This document shows positions 38,399 to 51,859 of a stretch of DNA of 64,000 nt, in pieces. The position numbers and the translations under genes are program-made. Location of the stretch: the NCBI GenBank assembly GCA_038087875.1, contig CM075995.1:5272001-5336000 (forward strand). The letters run 5' to 3'. The stretch's first letter is position 1. The number at the start of each line of letters is the position of its first letter. Origin of the DNA: Malacoraja senta. Its lineage: Eukaryota. The notes beneath the pieces were generated by a model that saw nothing but the letters and a program-made list of their open reading frames with translations, made no database searches and was not told the origin of the DNA.

Positions 38399-38744
38399 AC
38401 CAAAAATATTTTCATTAGTGACATCCCACTAAAAAATCTCAGCGTTGGACAGTTGTTACGATTTCACAGCAGCGCAAGTGCATTCATGCCACTGAACCAT
38501 TTTCTGTGCATTCAAACAAGGGTGACAATCTACCAAATGTAAATCGGGACTTTCACTTCCTGCTTGACTTATCTAGCTTTCCACAGTTATAAAAGAGATG
38601 GAGATGAGACTCACTGGGCAGGAATGAAATGAGACCTTCTTTGGGTGAAAGGACAGAAAGATCAGAAGGGTGAAAATGCAAGATTATAGGAAAGAAAGCA
38701 CTTGGATCTGCAGAGAATTATGAGAAATGGATCATGTGTATTAC

Positions 38745-39908
38745 ATAGAAACATAGAAAATAGGTGCAGGAGTAGACCATTCGGCCCTTCGAGCCAGCAC
38801 CGCCATTCAATGTGATCATGGCTGTTCATCCACAATCAGTACCCCGTTCCTGCCTTCTCCCCATATCCCTTGATTCCGTTAGCACTAAGAGCTATATCTA
38901 ACTCGAAAACATCCAGTGAATTGGCCTCCACTGCCTTCTGTGGCAGAGAATTCCACAAATTCACAACTCTCTGGGTGAAAAGGTTTTTTTCTCATCTCAG
39001 TTTAAAATGGCCTCCCCTTTATTCTTAGACTCCCCCAACATTGGGACCATTTTTCCTGCATCTAGCTTGTCCATTACTTTTATAATTTTATATGTTTCTA
39101 TAAGATATCCTCTTATACTTCTAAATTCCAGTGAATACAAGCCCAGTCTTTCCAATCTTTCCTCATATGACAATCCCGCCATCCCGGGGATTAACCTCGT
39201 AAACCTACGCTGCACTCCCTCAATAGAAAGGATGTCCTTCCTCAAATTAGGAGACCAAAACTGCACACAATACTCCAGATGTGGTCTCACCATGGCCCTT
39301 TACAACTGCAGAAGAACCTCTTTACTCCTATAGTCAAATGCTCTTGTTATGAAGGCCAACATGCCATTAGCTTTTTTCACTGCCTGCTGTACCTGCATGT
39401 TTACTTTCAGTGACTGGTGTACAAGGATACCCAGGTCTCGTTGCACTTCCCTTTTTCCTAATCTGACACCATTGAGATAATAATCTGCCTCCTTGTTCTT
39501 GCCACCAAAATGGATACCCTCACATTTATCTACATTATTCTGCATCTGCCATGCATCTGTCCACTCACTGAAATTGTCCAAGTCACCCTGCAACCTCATA
39601 GCATCCTCCTCACAGTTCACACTGCCACCCAGCTATGTGTCATCTGCAAATTTGCTAGTGTTGCTTTTAATTCCATCATCTAAATCATTAATATATATTG
39701 TAAATAGTTGCGGCCCCAGCACCGAGCCTTGCGGCACTCCACTCGCCACTGCCTGCCATTCTGACAGGGACCCGTTTATTCCTACTCTTTGTTTCCTGTC
39801 TGCCAACCAATTGTCTATCCATGTCAATACCCTACCCACAATGCTATGTGCTCTAATTTTGCCCACTAATCTCCTGTGTGGGACGTTATCAAAGGCTTTC
39901 TGAAAGTC
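38745..39908 (-). mobile_element. CR1 LINE 5'-truncated copy
   Basis: [31 protein letters not shown]; (tttctatg)n tail. Confidence 0.93.
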
Positions 39909-40491
39909 TTTCCAAGTCCAGCACATCCCTCCTGTATTACCAAAATTACCAAATTTTATTTTTCATTTATATTAATAACTTAAATGACAGTTGTTATAGA
40001 TTGCTGAACTGAATTGGTAATCATTAATTGAAGAAAAAAAATAAGTTGCTTCAGAAGTTTCCACACTGTATCGCTCTATGAAATGTATTATTTACACAAG
40101 CACACTTTCACATATTTTATAAGACAATTATATGAATGAGCTGTAAGTTTTAAACAGGAAAAAAATGCAAAGTATCTAGGTTTTGCAATGAATTATTAAT
40201 CACGTTAAATATTTTCCGTGCCATTTTTACAAGTTAATTTTTCAAAAATAAACTGTGATAAATAATTCATCACCTCCTTATTTAAACTGTGCTCTAAATA
40301 TTGTAGCAGGTTGAGTTTAGTATTGAAGGTGCTGAAGAGGAACCAAATAGATTTACAAAAAAATAATAAGTCCAATTATTTTTCAAATTGTAATATAATG
40401 TGATGAACAATCCAAAATTCCTGCTCCTTGTTCTTCAGAAATGACTATCCATCGCTCAGGAAAAGGTGCAGAAATCTCTTAATGAGGATAT

Positions 40492-43400
40492 AATAGTAAG
40501 ATTAAACGAGAACTTACCAGTTTGAAGTTTGATCTTTATTTTATGAGGAGTTACGTTGGTGATTACGTGAAGAAGACCTGTCAGGGCGCATGCGCGTCAA
40601 TCTTCAAAGCAGCGGTATGAAATCACAGACACAATAATTGAAGTAACATATTAAGATGAGCAACATGAGAACTACCATATGACCTTTTTTTTTATGAGAG
40701 AGGGTTGGGCGTGGCGGGCACGTAATTACCAACGTAACTCCTCATAAAATAAAGATCAAACTTCAAACTGGTAAGTTCTCGTTTAATCTTACTATTTTAC
40801 TTCGGAGTCACGTGAGTGACTACGTGAAGATTTCAAAGCTCTATGATTTTATGCCGCAGATCCAAATCCCGGCCTCACTGCATTGATTGACTTTGGATGA
40901 GAAACAATCAATAATGCGTTAAACATGAAATGGTAATATCATGCAATAACAATTGATTTGAATAATCAAAACAAACAATAACCCGTCTATCCCAGGGGAA
41001 GTAAACAGGACTTAATACTGAATTTGCAAACAGCCTCTCTCCGATCGGCGATCGGCCGATGGTAAACATTAAAAAAAAAAAATCATTTGACCACGTAATC
41101 AAATAATTCATTTGACCACGACCTATAAAATATTGCCGCTGTGAACATCCATCGTCCTAGCCGACGACGTTGCTGCTGCACTAGTGGAAAACGGATATAT
41201 ACACTTCAGTGTTAATACCTGCCTTAATCAACATTTGTTTTAAACCACCTTGAGATAGTCTGCACTGACACTCTCCTGTGTGGCTTCATGTAACTGATAA
41301 ACAATGCTGTTTCCACATTTCTTAAGGTCTTTATAGCTTCAATATAATGAAAATAAATGTGCCATTACACATAAACATGGATCAGTAGGTTATGCTGAAA
41401 CACAATTTTAACAAACTTGTGACACCTGGCCTGCTCTGCTTAAGCAGGACGCAATTATATAACATAACATTCTCTTCAGCAACTTCCATCCTGTCTAGCA
41501 GAAGTTTTTTCAAAATCTGCACTTGCTATGCTGAACCAATGCCATGAGCATAACCACTTTCATGATTAGTTTGGCAAATTCAGAGACATGCCAGGAACCT
41601 ACTGTCGAAACATCTTGAGGACCTCACTTACATCCCAGATCGCCATATACCTGGGTTTAGGAGGTTTAGAGTTGAAATTCCTTTCATCAATCCAGCTATG
41701 ATATGCTGAAACTCAATAGGATCTTTCCTGACCACATCCAAACCATACGATGACAAAGCACTTAAAGCTGTATTAATGGTGCTATAACTGAGCCCCTCAT
41801 CATCATAGAGTGTCAACAGGAACTCTAAAATATCCACAATACCTATAGTATTATAGTCAGTATTATTTTGTACACAATAATTTTGCCCCATTTTATTACA
41901 TAAGTAATATACCCCTTTTGAGTACTCTTTCTCCAGGCTACAGTGAGCATGTCCACTGTAAACCCAGACAATCCTTGCTCCAGGTATGGCCTTCTTAAAA
42001 CCTGCAAATTAACAAGTCAATACAATCACATAACAGATGACTTTCCCCTATTAGCGGATGCTCCAGTCAATTCCTACGCTTGGGAGCCACCAAAAAGAGG
42101 TTGGATCCCTAACTGTAACATCAAAGGGAAACCATGCTTGATTCAGCCAATTAGGTATTACAAGCACCCCCAAAGCGGCATCCTGCTTGATTTCTTGCAG
42201 ACTCCGACCTATTAAGCAAAATGGTAGGAAAATATATAAAACATACCACCTCAATGTCAAAGTATTAATTGCAACGGCCACCTGGTCTGGTTCCCATGAA
42301 ACCTGATGGGAACAGGCATCTGATGGTTGACCTTGATGCAAAACAAATCGATATCTGGCATTCATATACAAGTACTATATTTTTGAACATCTCCTTGTTG
42401 AACATTCAATCTATGTTGTCATGGAACTTTCGTGACTTGGAATCTGCTACTATGTAGAATCTACCTGGTAGATAAATAGCTGAAATATCTTTTCCAATGC
42501 ACCAGGCCCAAATTTGATTAGCCAATCTGTCACAAAATATCGACTTGATTCCACCGATGTGATTAATAAAGATGCCACTTGCATAGTATTGTCAATCTGA
42601 AACTGAACATGCAGATTACATTTGTTAGAGCAATAAGCCTTGTCCATAAAAACCTCTTAATAGTTAATTGCCCATGTCTGCAGAAGTGATGCCTCTTGCT
42701 CAGTTCATCTGCCTCCACAGTTGAAACTCGTATCCGTGACACCCCACCCGAGTGCACTGACATTCATCTGCAAAATCATGGAAGGCTGGTCAAGCATTAC
42801 CTTGCTATAACTCCTGGACACATGGTGAATCCACCATTGCAAATCAGAATAGTCTTTACTGATAACTGCATAGGTCTATTATAATGACCCAAATGTATCC
42901 TTAATGCCTCAATTAGCTTGATACAGCTGTCAATTAGCTCTACCATTTTTCCCTGGGCAGAGCACTTAATTGAATCAATTGTGACCCAAATAGTCAGGTG
43001 TTAATTTGGATTTCTCTGGATGGATCAGCAATCAGCGACTGAGCAGCAATTTTAGAGGCAAATGCCCACTGCTTACCCTCATGCATTCAGCATGGGATCC
43101 CGGCACATAGCCATGTTTGGATTCGTGTTTGGAGTTAATCCATACTAACCTTAGACACTCTTTTAGAGTGGGACTTATCAAAGCTGAAGCAGGTATCACC
43201 ATCCATCTCCTCCATTTGCTTGTACATGCCTCTGTACCAAGCATCTTGTTCGACTCCATTCCCCACAATCTTATCACATATGTGTGTGGTTCCATCTTCA
43301 TCCACTATACATCCACGTGGGAGGACTTATGCAACCTGCAACAGGAGCTGCCCCAGGCCTGTGTGCCTGTATTTTAGCACCATCTCGAGTGGGAGTAATG

Positions 43401-45207
43401 GCAGCCCTGCAAACAGGTGTTGCTTCAGGCCCATGTGCATACTCCTGTAGCACTCTCTCGACCACTCCTCCATTTGAGTGGGAGAAATTTTTGGCAACCC
43501 TTTACTAGGCGTCACCTCAGGCATGTGTGCATGTACTTTAGCACTATCTCGACCACTGTGGTGCACCAAGTGGGAGGAATGGCAACCCTACAAACAGGTG
43601 TTGCTTCAGGCACATGTGCATCATTCTGTAGCACTCTCTCGACCACTCCGACCCTTGAGTGGGAGACTTTTGCAACCCTTTACTAGGTGTTGCTGCCTGA
43701 CATGCCTTACGATGGAGCGTTCTTGAATTGCAACGAGACGCAATGTTGTCTGACATTGATACCCCTGGCTTGGCACTCACTCTGAGTTGGGGTTATCAGG
43801 TCGCTGCCTACAGCAGCCGCCAGGACTAGCCATGCAATTCGATACTCTGTTGGTATCCTCCTTCCCCAAACAGGCTGCACGTGCTAGCGACTCCAAATCG
43901 TGCTCCTTCCCGATGCCAACGCCGTCTATAGGGAAGAATTGGAGCGCCTCTAGCCCCCGTACATCAGACATAGTGGGAAATGCTGGAACAAACTTAACAA
44001 TTATTTGTCATAGGCAAAGACATTTATGTGAATGAAGACGCCCATCCCAGTTAAACCTGGGATTTATTTACTTTTAATATGAGTAATCCGGCGTCTTGGG
44101 GAAGAAACCGTGCACAGTCCCTTTTAATTAGCAGCAATTACTATGACGCCACCTGGTGTAACTCCCACAGGTGACTGATAATACAGCTCTACAAGGCTTC
44201 CCATCTCCTTAATTGAATAAATGATCATCATCTATCTCAGTATAATAGTCGCAATGTGACCAAGTGGTAACTATAATGTCTACCCTTTTGAACGCTTCCC
44301 AAAATTGCGTTCGTCTTTAATTTGGAGGGCAACCTGAAACCTCCTCAGAATTAGCAGAAAATGCTACTTTTTCACCTCGACACATAAGGGTGATAAACCA
44401 CTAATCTCACTTCCTGAGTTGGGGTTGGAGTCAGCCACACACTGACCCTTTGTACTCCTCTCCACTGAGGACATACATATATAACAGAGGGGACACTCCT
44501 GGCCAGGCTCCACATAGTTCAAACTCATATTGGCTGCCAAAGTCGGGGTCCTTGCCTCAATGAGCCGGGTAGTAACCAGACGACCATGCTCAGTCTGCAC
44601 ACCCCCTCAGGAGTCGCTGACCTTACTGTGAGCGACTCTAACAAGAAATCCGATGGCCACCGGCTCCTCACTTTACCGCGGACCGTAACCAGTATCCCCG
44701 CGGTCTAGAGAAACCCAGCGGCCCCATATTTAAAACATTTCTCTGGAGTCGCTGACCTGCCTGTCAGCGACTCGAAATAACAAGCCTAACAGCCACCTCT
44801 ATGGTGACCGCAGCTTGCTTAACCCGCGGTCTATAAAAAACCTGCGGCTCGAATTAAACCTCGGGAGTCGCGGACCGTTCTGACCACGACTCAACCAGCA
44901 AAACCCACCGGCAGCCTGCTACCGCACTCCCGCGGTCCGAAGCCGACATCCCCGCGGTCCACAATTTCTCCGCGGTCCACCGGGTTTTGCTGAATTTTTC
45001 CCATGTCCAGCAGGAACCTGTGAAAATGATTCCTGCAATGGACAACCTGAAAAGTAAGTTTAAACTTACCTGCAGGATTTTTCAAACTTACCGCTGGAGA
45101 ACTCTGTTCCTCCCAGCCTGTCTGCGCCAATGCGACCGACGTAATGACGCGCATGCGCCCTGACGGGTCTTCTTCACGTAGTCACTCACGTGACTCCGAA
45201 GTAAAAT
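40492..45207 (-). mobile_element. DIRS1-like tyrosine-recombinase retrotransposon, structurally complete, coding regions decayed
   Basis: ITR 40564-40599 / 45145-45180; ICR 40719-40830 complementary to both termini; remnants of RT C-terminus (IHPEKSKLTP..YLG, ~42930-43025), RNase H (..SALGWG..GGR, ~42660-42770; QIDNT), MT-like (SWEPD...YIFLPFCLIGRSLQEI...PNWLNQAWFP) and recombinase (LEFL..L...GLSYSTINTALSALS). Confidence 0.92.
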
Positions 45208-45545
45208 GGCTCTTTTCCCCTTTAGTTTCGTTCCAGGCCATGGAGCAGAAGACTGATTTCTGATGTGATCCAGTAAAGTTTTCTGTGTTTTACTCAGGTT
45301 TCCAGTATCCACAGTTACTTATATGTAATAGGAGCAGAATTAGACCATTCGGCCATCAAGTCTACTCCGTCATTCAATCGTGGCTGATCTATCTCTCCCC
45401 CTCAACCCCATTCTCCTGCCTTCTCCCCATAACCCCTGACACCCATCGAGTCCTTGAATGATACAGTGTGGAATCTGGCCCTTCGGCCCAACTTTTAAAA
45501 ATATATATATATATTTTTTTTTAATCTTTTAAAATCTTTTTATTC

Positions 45546-46951
45546 TTCCCCTTTCAATATAGGAGCGATCCTTCTCTCACCAACAAAAATAAAGAATACA
45601 ATATATAGTAAAAATCCAATTATTCATAGTACAATTAGAATTTGGAAACAAATAAAATTAACGTTAAAATTAAGAAATCTATCACTACTTTCTCCTATAA
45701 TGAATAACCCTGCGTTTAAACCTTCTATGATAGATAGAGCTTTTATAAATTGGGAAAGAGTAGGAATTAAAACGTTTGGAGATATGTATGATAATGGAAG
45801 TTTTTAAACATTTAATCAATTACAACTTAAATACAACTTGAATAGTAATCAATATTTTAAATATTTTCAACTACGTGATTATTTGAAAAAGTATACACGA
45901 GAATATCAAAACATGTCTCCTGACCTATTAGATGGGATAATTAATATAAAAGCGGAATCAGCTAATTTAATATCATACCTATATAACTCCATTTTAAACA
46001 TAGAAATTCCAGCATCGGACGGGATTAGAAGAGAATGGGAACAGGAACTAGCTATAAAAATCTCGAAAGAGAGTTGGGATAGACATCTATTATATGTGCA
46101 TAAATGTTCGATTAACGTAAGACATACTCTGATTCAATTAAAAATTTTACATAGATTATATTATTCAAAAGCTAAATTAAGTAAATTTTACCCTAATACC
46201 TCGGCTAACTGTGATAAATGCCTAGTCCAAGAATCAACTATAGCACATTCTTTTGTCTTTTGTATAAAAATTCAAAAATTTTGGAATGACATTTTTGAAA
46301 TGTTCTCTAAATTATTTAAAATAAAATTGAAACCGAATGCAGAACTGATTATTTTTGGAACAACAGAAGCAAGTTTGGAGCTGACTGTGTTTCAAAGAAG
46401 TTTTCTTAGTTATGGTTTATTAACGGCAAAAAAACTGATATTGAAATTTTGGAAAACTGCCCCTACACCAACAATAAAAATGTGGACTTCTAATATGTCG
46501 GAATTGTTACATTTAGAAGATATGAGATTCCTCCTAGCAGGTAAACAAGACCAATTCCAAAAGATTTGGTCGCCATATATCGACTTATTACAAACATAGG
46601 GTGCAACAAAATGTTGATAGTAAATGGTTTTAGGACCTGGCGAGGGGTGAGTAAAGATAAGAAGTAGACACATCCCTTTCATATTGTCCTATCTTATTTT
46701 CTTTTTTCTCTTTTTTTCTTTTCTTCTTTAACTACTTCTTGTGGTTTAGGTTCACAAGAGTGTTCCCGGACCACTTTCATTCACTCACTGACTATCTTTG
46801 CGAGCTCTTTCTATCCTTTTTTCTATTAAAGTTGAAAAACAGAAGTGGTACAAGAATTGTATAAAATTATGTTATGTTATTGCAGATATGTTATTGTAAT
46901 GTAAAATACTTCTAATTTTTATTTTTTTTAAATAAATAAATAAATAAAATA
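45546..46951 (+). mobile_element. L1-clade LINE 3' fragment; 253-aa ORF2 C-terminus at 45838-46599
   Basis: YFKYFQLRDY, KILHRLYYS, CDKC-x7-H-x4-C zinc knuckle; (taaa)n tail; TSD aaaatctttt(t/a)attc at 45531-45545 / 46952-46966. Confidence 0.88.
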
Positions 46952-48304
46952 AAAATCTTTTAATTCGTTTATTAGCCCAACTTGCCCAAACCGGCCAACA
47001 TGTCCCAGCTACACTTGTGCCACTTGCCTGCGTTTGGTTCATATCCCTACAAACTTGTCCTATCCATGTACCCGTCTAACTGTTTTTTAAATGTTGGGAT
47101 AGTCCCAGCCTCAACTATCTCTTCTGGCAGCTCGTTCCATACACCCACCACCCTGGGTGGAGATGGAGGAGATTTATGTGCCACAACTTTCCATCAAAGC
47201 CAGTTTCCAAAACTAATCAATTGGAAAATTAAATCTTTGTTTTGTGAGATTATCAAATCTGGCTTCTCATATGCTGGAAATCTCATCACATAACTTGATG
47301 CACTATTAGAGTCATAGAATCATACAGCATGGCAACAGGCCCACCTTGACCATGCCGACCAAGATGCACCATCTCTGCTAGTCCCACCTGCGACTGCCCC
47401 ATATCCTTCTAAATCTTTCCTATCCACGTACCTGTCCAAATGTCTTTTAAATGTTGTGATTGTACTATACCTGCCTCAACTACCTCCTCTGGCAGCTTGT
47501 TCCATTTACGTACCACCAATATCATGGACTCACATCTGTCAGCCACAGTGTCTTCTTCAGCCAACTGCACACCTGACTGACCATTCATTACTCAGTTAGA
47601 TGACCAAGTTCAAACACTTTCTTTCACCCTTCGCCAATATTTTAGTAACTAATAAATATGCGATCAAAGTAAACAATACAAAATGTTTGAATGACATTCC
47701 CAGGATATTTTCTCCAACTTGCTTAAGATACCTCTGGCCTATTAATCTTTAATCCTAGGAGACTCCAAGACAATCCTGATGGGAAGAAGTGCAGTCACAG
47801 TTATAATGTGGTAAAAGTTCATACATTCTAGGAGCAGAATTAGGCCATTCGGCCCATCAAGTCTACTCTGCCATTCTATCATTGGCTGATCTATCTTTCC
47901 CTCTCAACCTCATTATCCTGCCTTCTCATCATAACCCCTGACACCCTTACATAGGAGCATAGGAAATAGGAGCAGGAGTAGGTCATCGGGCCCATCAAGC
48001 CCGCCCCGTCATTTAATATGATCATGGCTGATCCATGCTGACATGTTCTGTTCCATTCCCCCACCACCTTTCAATCCTCAATATTTATCTATCTCCGCCT
48101 TAAATATATCTAAAGGTCTGACCTCCTTCACCCTCAGGGACAGAGATCACTATCCTGTGAGAGAAATGCCTACACAACTCAGATTTAAATGACTGCCCTC
48201 TTATTTTGTAGTTCTGCTTTCCTGCCTATGAGACTATCCCTCTTGCAAAAATAATCAAACTCTGTCAACCACCATGGAATCTTAGACGCTCGTATAAGGG
48301 CAAC

Positions 48305-48404
48305 ACTCAGTCTGAAGAAGTGTCTCGACCCGAAACGTTGCCCATTCCTTCTCTCCAGAGATGCTGCCTCACCCGCTGAGTTACTCCAGCATTTTGTGTC
48401 TACC
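48305..48404 (+). mobile_element. Penelope-type terminal repeat with hammerhead-like motif
   Basis: CTGAAGAagtgtctcgacccGAAAcgTT at 48312-48339; taagggcaacac flanks both sides (48295-48306, 48405-48416). Confidence 0.72.
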
Positions 48405-48882
48405 TAAGGGCAACACAGTCTTCTAGACTCCAAGAAACATAGACCCAAACTACCTTGCATCTCTTGATAGGAAAATCCTCTCCTCCCAGAAATTAGCCCG
48501 ACGAATCTTCTCTGGACTGCCTCCAATGCTGCTACATATTTTTTTATGGTCAAGGCAAAAACCATGCACAGTATTCCAGGTGTGGTCTCAGGAACACTCT
48601 GTACAAGTGTAACAAAAACTCCCAATTCTTAAATAAAACACAGAACGGTAAAGCACAAATACAGGCCCTTTGGCCCACAATGTCATGATGCCAAGACCAA
48701 CTCTTGTCTACCTGCACGTAATCCATAACTCTTCATTCCCTGCATAGCCATAAGCCTATCCAAAAGTCTCTTAACCCCCCTATCTCAACTACTTCAACCC
48801 CCTGCAGTGCTTTCCAGGCACTCATCACCCTCTGTGTAAAATAACTTGCCCCGCTCATCCTTAAACCTATAAAACTCTGATC

Positions 48883-49526
<644 letters not shown>

Positions 49527-49948
49527 GATCACGTGCTAACTGGAAAACGTGCTAACAACGTGCTAACAGGAACATTTTTACACATTCCGGTAGAGACTTA
49601 CCCTCTGGAGTAAAAAATAGGCTTACCTGAAAATTTCGAGCTTTATTTCTTGAATAATTAATAAAAATGTTCACAAATCCGATCCAACTTTCAATTTAAA
49701 ACGACTGTTTTATTTGCTGATGACGTGACAATGGATCTGCCGTCTGCTCGCGTTGCGATTGACGTCACCTCCAAACCCTCCTCCCTCCCCCCGTTGTTCA
49801 AAAGTTGCCATGTCGAACTCTAGAGAGCTTTGGTCGAAGCACGCCCGCAGCCCGCCCAGACTGCTTCGGCCCAACCTGCACTCCTTTGGTCGACACTCGC
49901 TCGCCCGCTCACACCTCGGCTCGCGTCTCGGATCGAGCCTCGGCTCGG

Positions 49949-50980
49949 GGCTGACATGGATAGAAAATTGGTTGGCAGACAGCAAACAAAGAGTAGGAAT
50001 TAACGGGTCCCTTTCAGAATGGCAGGCAGTGACTAGTGGGGTATTGCAAGGCTCGGTGCTGGGACCGCAGCTATTTACAATATACATCAATGATTTGGAT
50101 GAAGGGATTCAAAGTAACATTAGCAAATTTGCAGATGACCCAAAGCTGGGTGGCAGTGCGTACTGTGAGGAAGATGCTATGAGAATGCAGGGTGACTTGG
50201 ACAGGTTGGGGGAGTGGGCAGATGCATGGCAGATGAAGTTTAATGTGGATAAATGTGAGGTTATCCAGTTTGGTAGCAAAAACAGGAAGGCAGATTACTA
50301 TCTAAATGGCGTCAAGTTGGGAAAAGGGGAAGTACAACGGGATCTGGGGGTCCTTGTACATCAGTCTATGAAAGTAAGCATGCAGGTACAGCAGGCAGTG
50401 AAGAAAGCGAATGGCATGTTGGCCTTTATAACAAGAGGAATCGAATATAGGAGCAAAGAGGCCCTTCTGCAGTTGTACAGAGCCCTAGTGAGACCACACC
50501 TGGAGTATTGTGTGCAGTTCTGGTCCCCTAATTTGAGGAAGGACATTCTTGCTATTGAGGGAGTGCAGCATAGGTTTACAAGGTTAATTCCCGGGATGGC
50601 GGGACTGTCATAAGCTGAGAGAATGGAGCAGCTGGGCTTGTACACTCTGGAGTTTAGAAGGATGAGAGGGAATCTCATTGAAACATATAAGATTGTTAAG
50701 GGCTTGAATAAGGAGTAAGTCATTTAGAACGGAGACGAGGAAACACCTTTTCTCACAGAGAGTTGTGAGTCTGTGGAATTCTCTGCCTCAGAGGGCGGTG
50801 GAGGCAGGTTCTCTGAATGCTTTCAAGAGAGAGCTAGATAGGGCTCTTAAAAATAGCGGAGTCAGGGGATATGGCAGGAACGGGGTACTGATTGGGGATG
50901 ATCAGCCATGATCACATTGAATGGCGGTGCTGGCTCGAAGGGCCAAATGGCCTTCTCCTGCACCTATTGTCTATTGTCTA
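49949..50980 (+). mobile_element. CR1 LINE 5'-truncated copy
   Basis: LTWIENWLAD, QGSVLGP, FADD, VRPHLEYCVQFW; tail tattgtctattgtcta. Confidence 0.93.
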
Positions 50981-51334
50981 AAACTCACATAATGTTTGCC
51001 TTCTTAACTATCCGTTGGACATAGCTACTAGCCTTTTGTGATCCATGCACCAGAATACCTGGATCCCTCTAAACTTCACTCATTTACAATTTCTCTCAAT
51101 TTAGAAGACAATTTCCTCAACAAAATTGAGTAAATTTGTCAAATGAATAAAATCATGTTGGCCATTTCTGATCAGCATAAATGACTATAAGATAAATGAC
51201 CACGCAATGGGCAAAAAGGTGGGTCTGAGCTGCCTTCTTAACTATCCGTTGTACAACTCTATGACTCCACAACTCTATAATAATGTTAAATAATTTTGTA
51301 AGTAATGCACAGATCCGATTTCCACTGCTCTTCC

Positions 51335-51838
51335 TAGGAAAGATAGTGTCATGCTTGAGAGGGCTCAGAGAAGATGTACGAGGATATTACCAGGACTAGA
51401 GGGTCTGAGCTGTAGGGAGAGTTTGAGTAGGCTGGGTCTCTATTCCTTGGAGCGCAGGAGGATGAGGGGCGATCTTATAGAGGTGTATAAAATCATAAGA
51501 GGAATAAATCGGGTAGATGCACAGAATCTCTTGCCCAGAGTAGGGGAATCGAGGACCAGAGGCCATAGGTTCAAGGTGAAGGGGAAAAGATTTAATAGGA
51601 ATCTGAGGGGTGACTTTTTCACACAAAGGGTGATGGGTGTATGGAACAAGCTGCCAGAGGAGGTAATTGAGGCTGGGTTTATCCCAACTGTTCAAGAAAC
51701 ATGTACATGGATAGGACAAGTTCAGAGGGATGTGGACCAAAAGCAGGCAGGTGGGACTAGTGTAGCTGGGACATGTTGGCTGGTGTGGGCAAGTTGGGCC
51801 AAAGGGCCTGTTTCCACACTGTATCACTCTATGACTCT
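51335..51838 (+). mobile_element. CR1 (HER1-like) 3' fragment
   Basis: LGLYSLERRRMRGDLIEVYKI; tail actctatgactcta. Confidence 0.9.
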
Positions 51839-51859
51839 AAATGTGCCATTTGATCTTTC

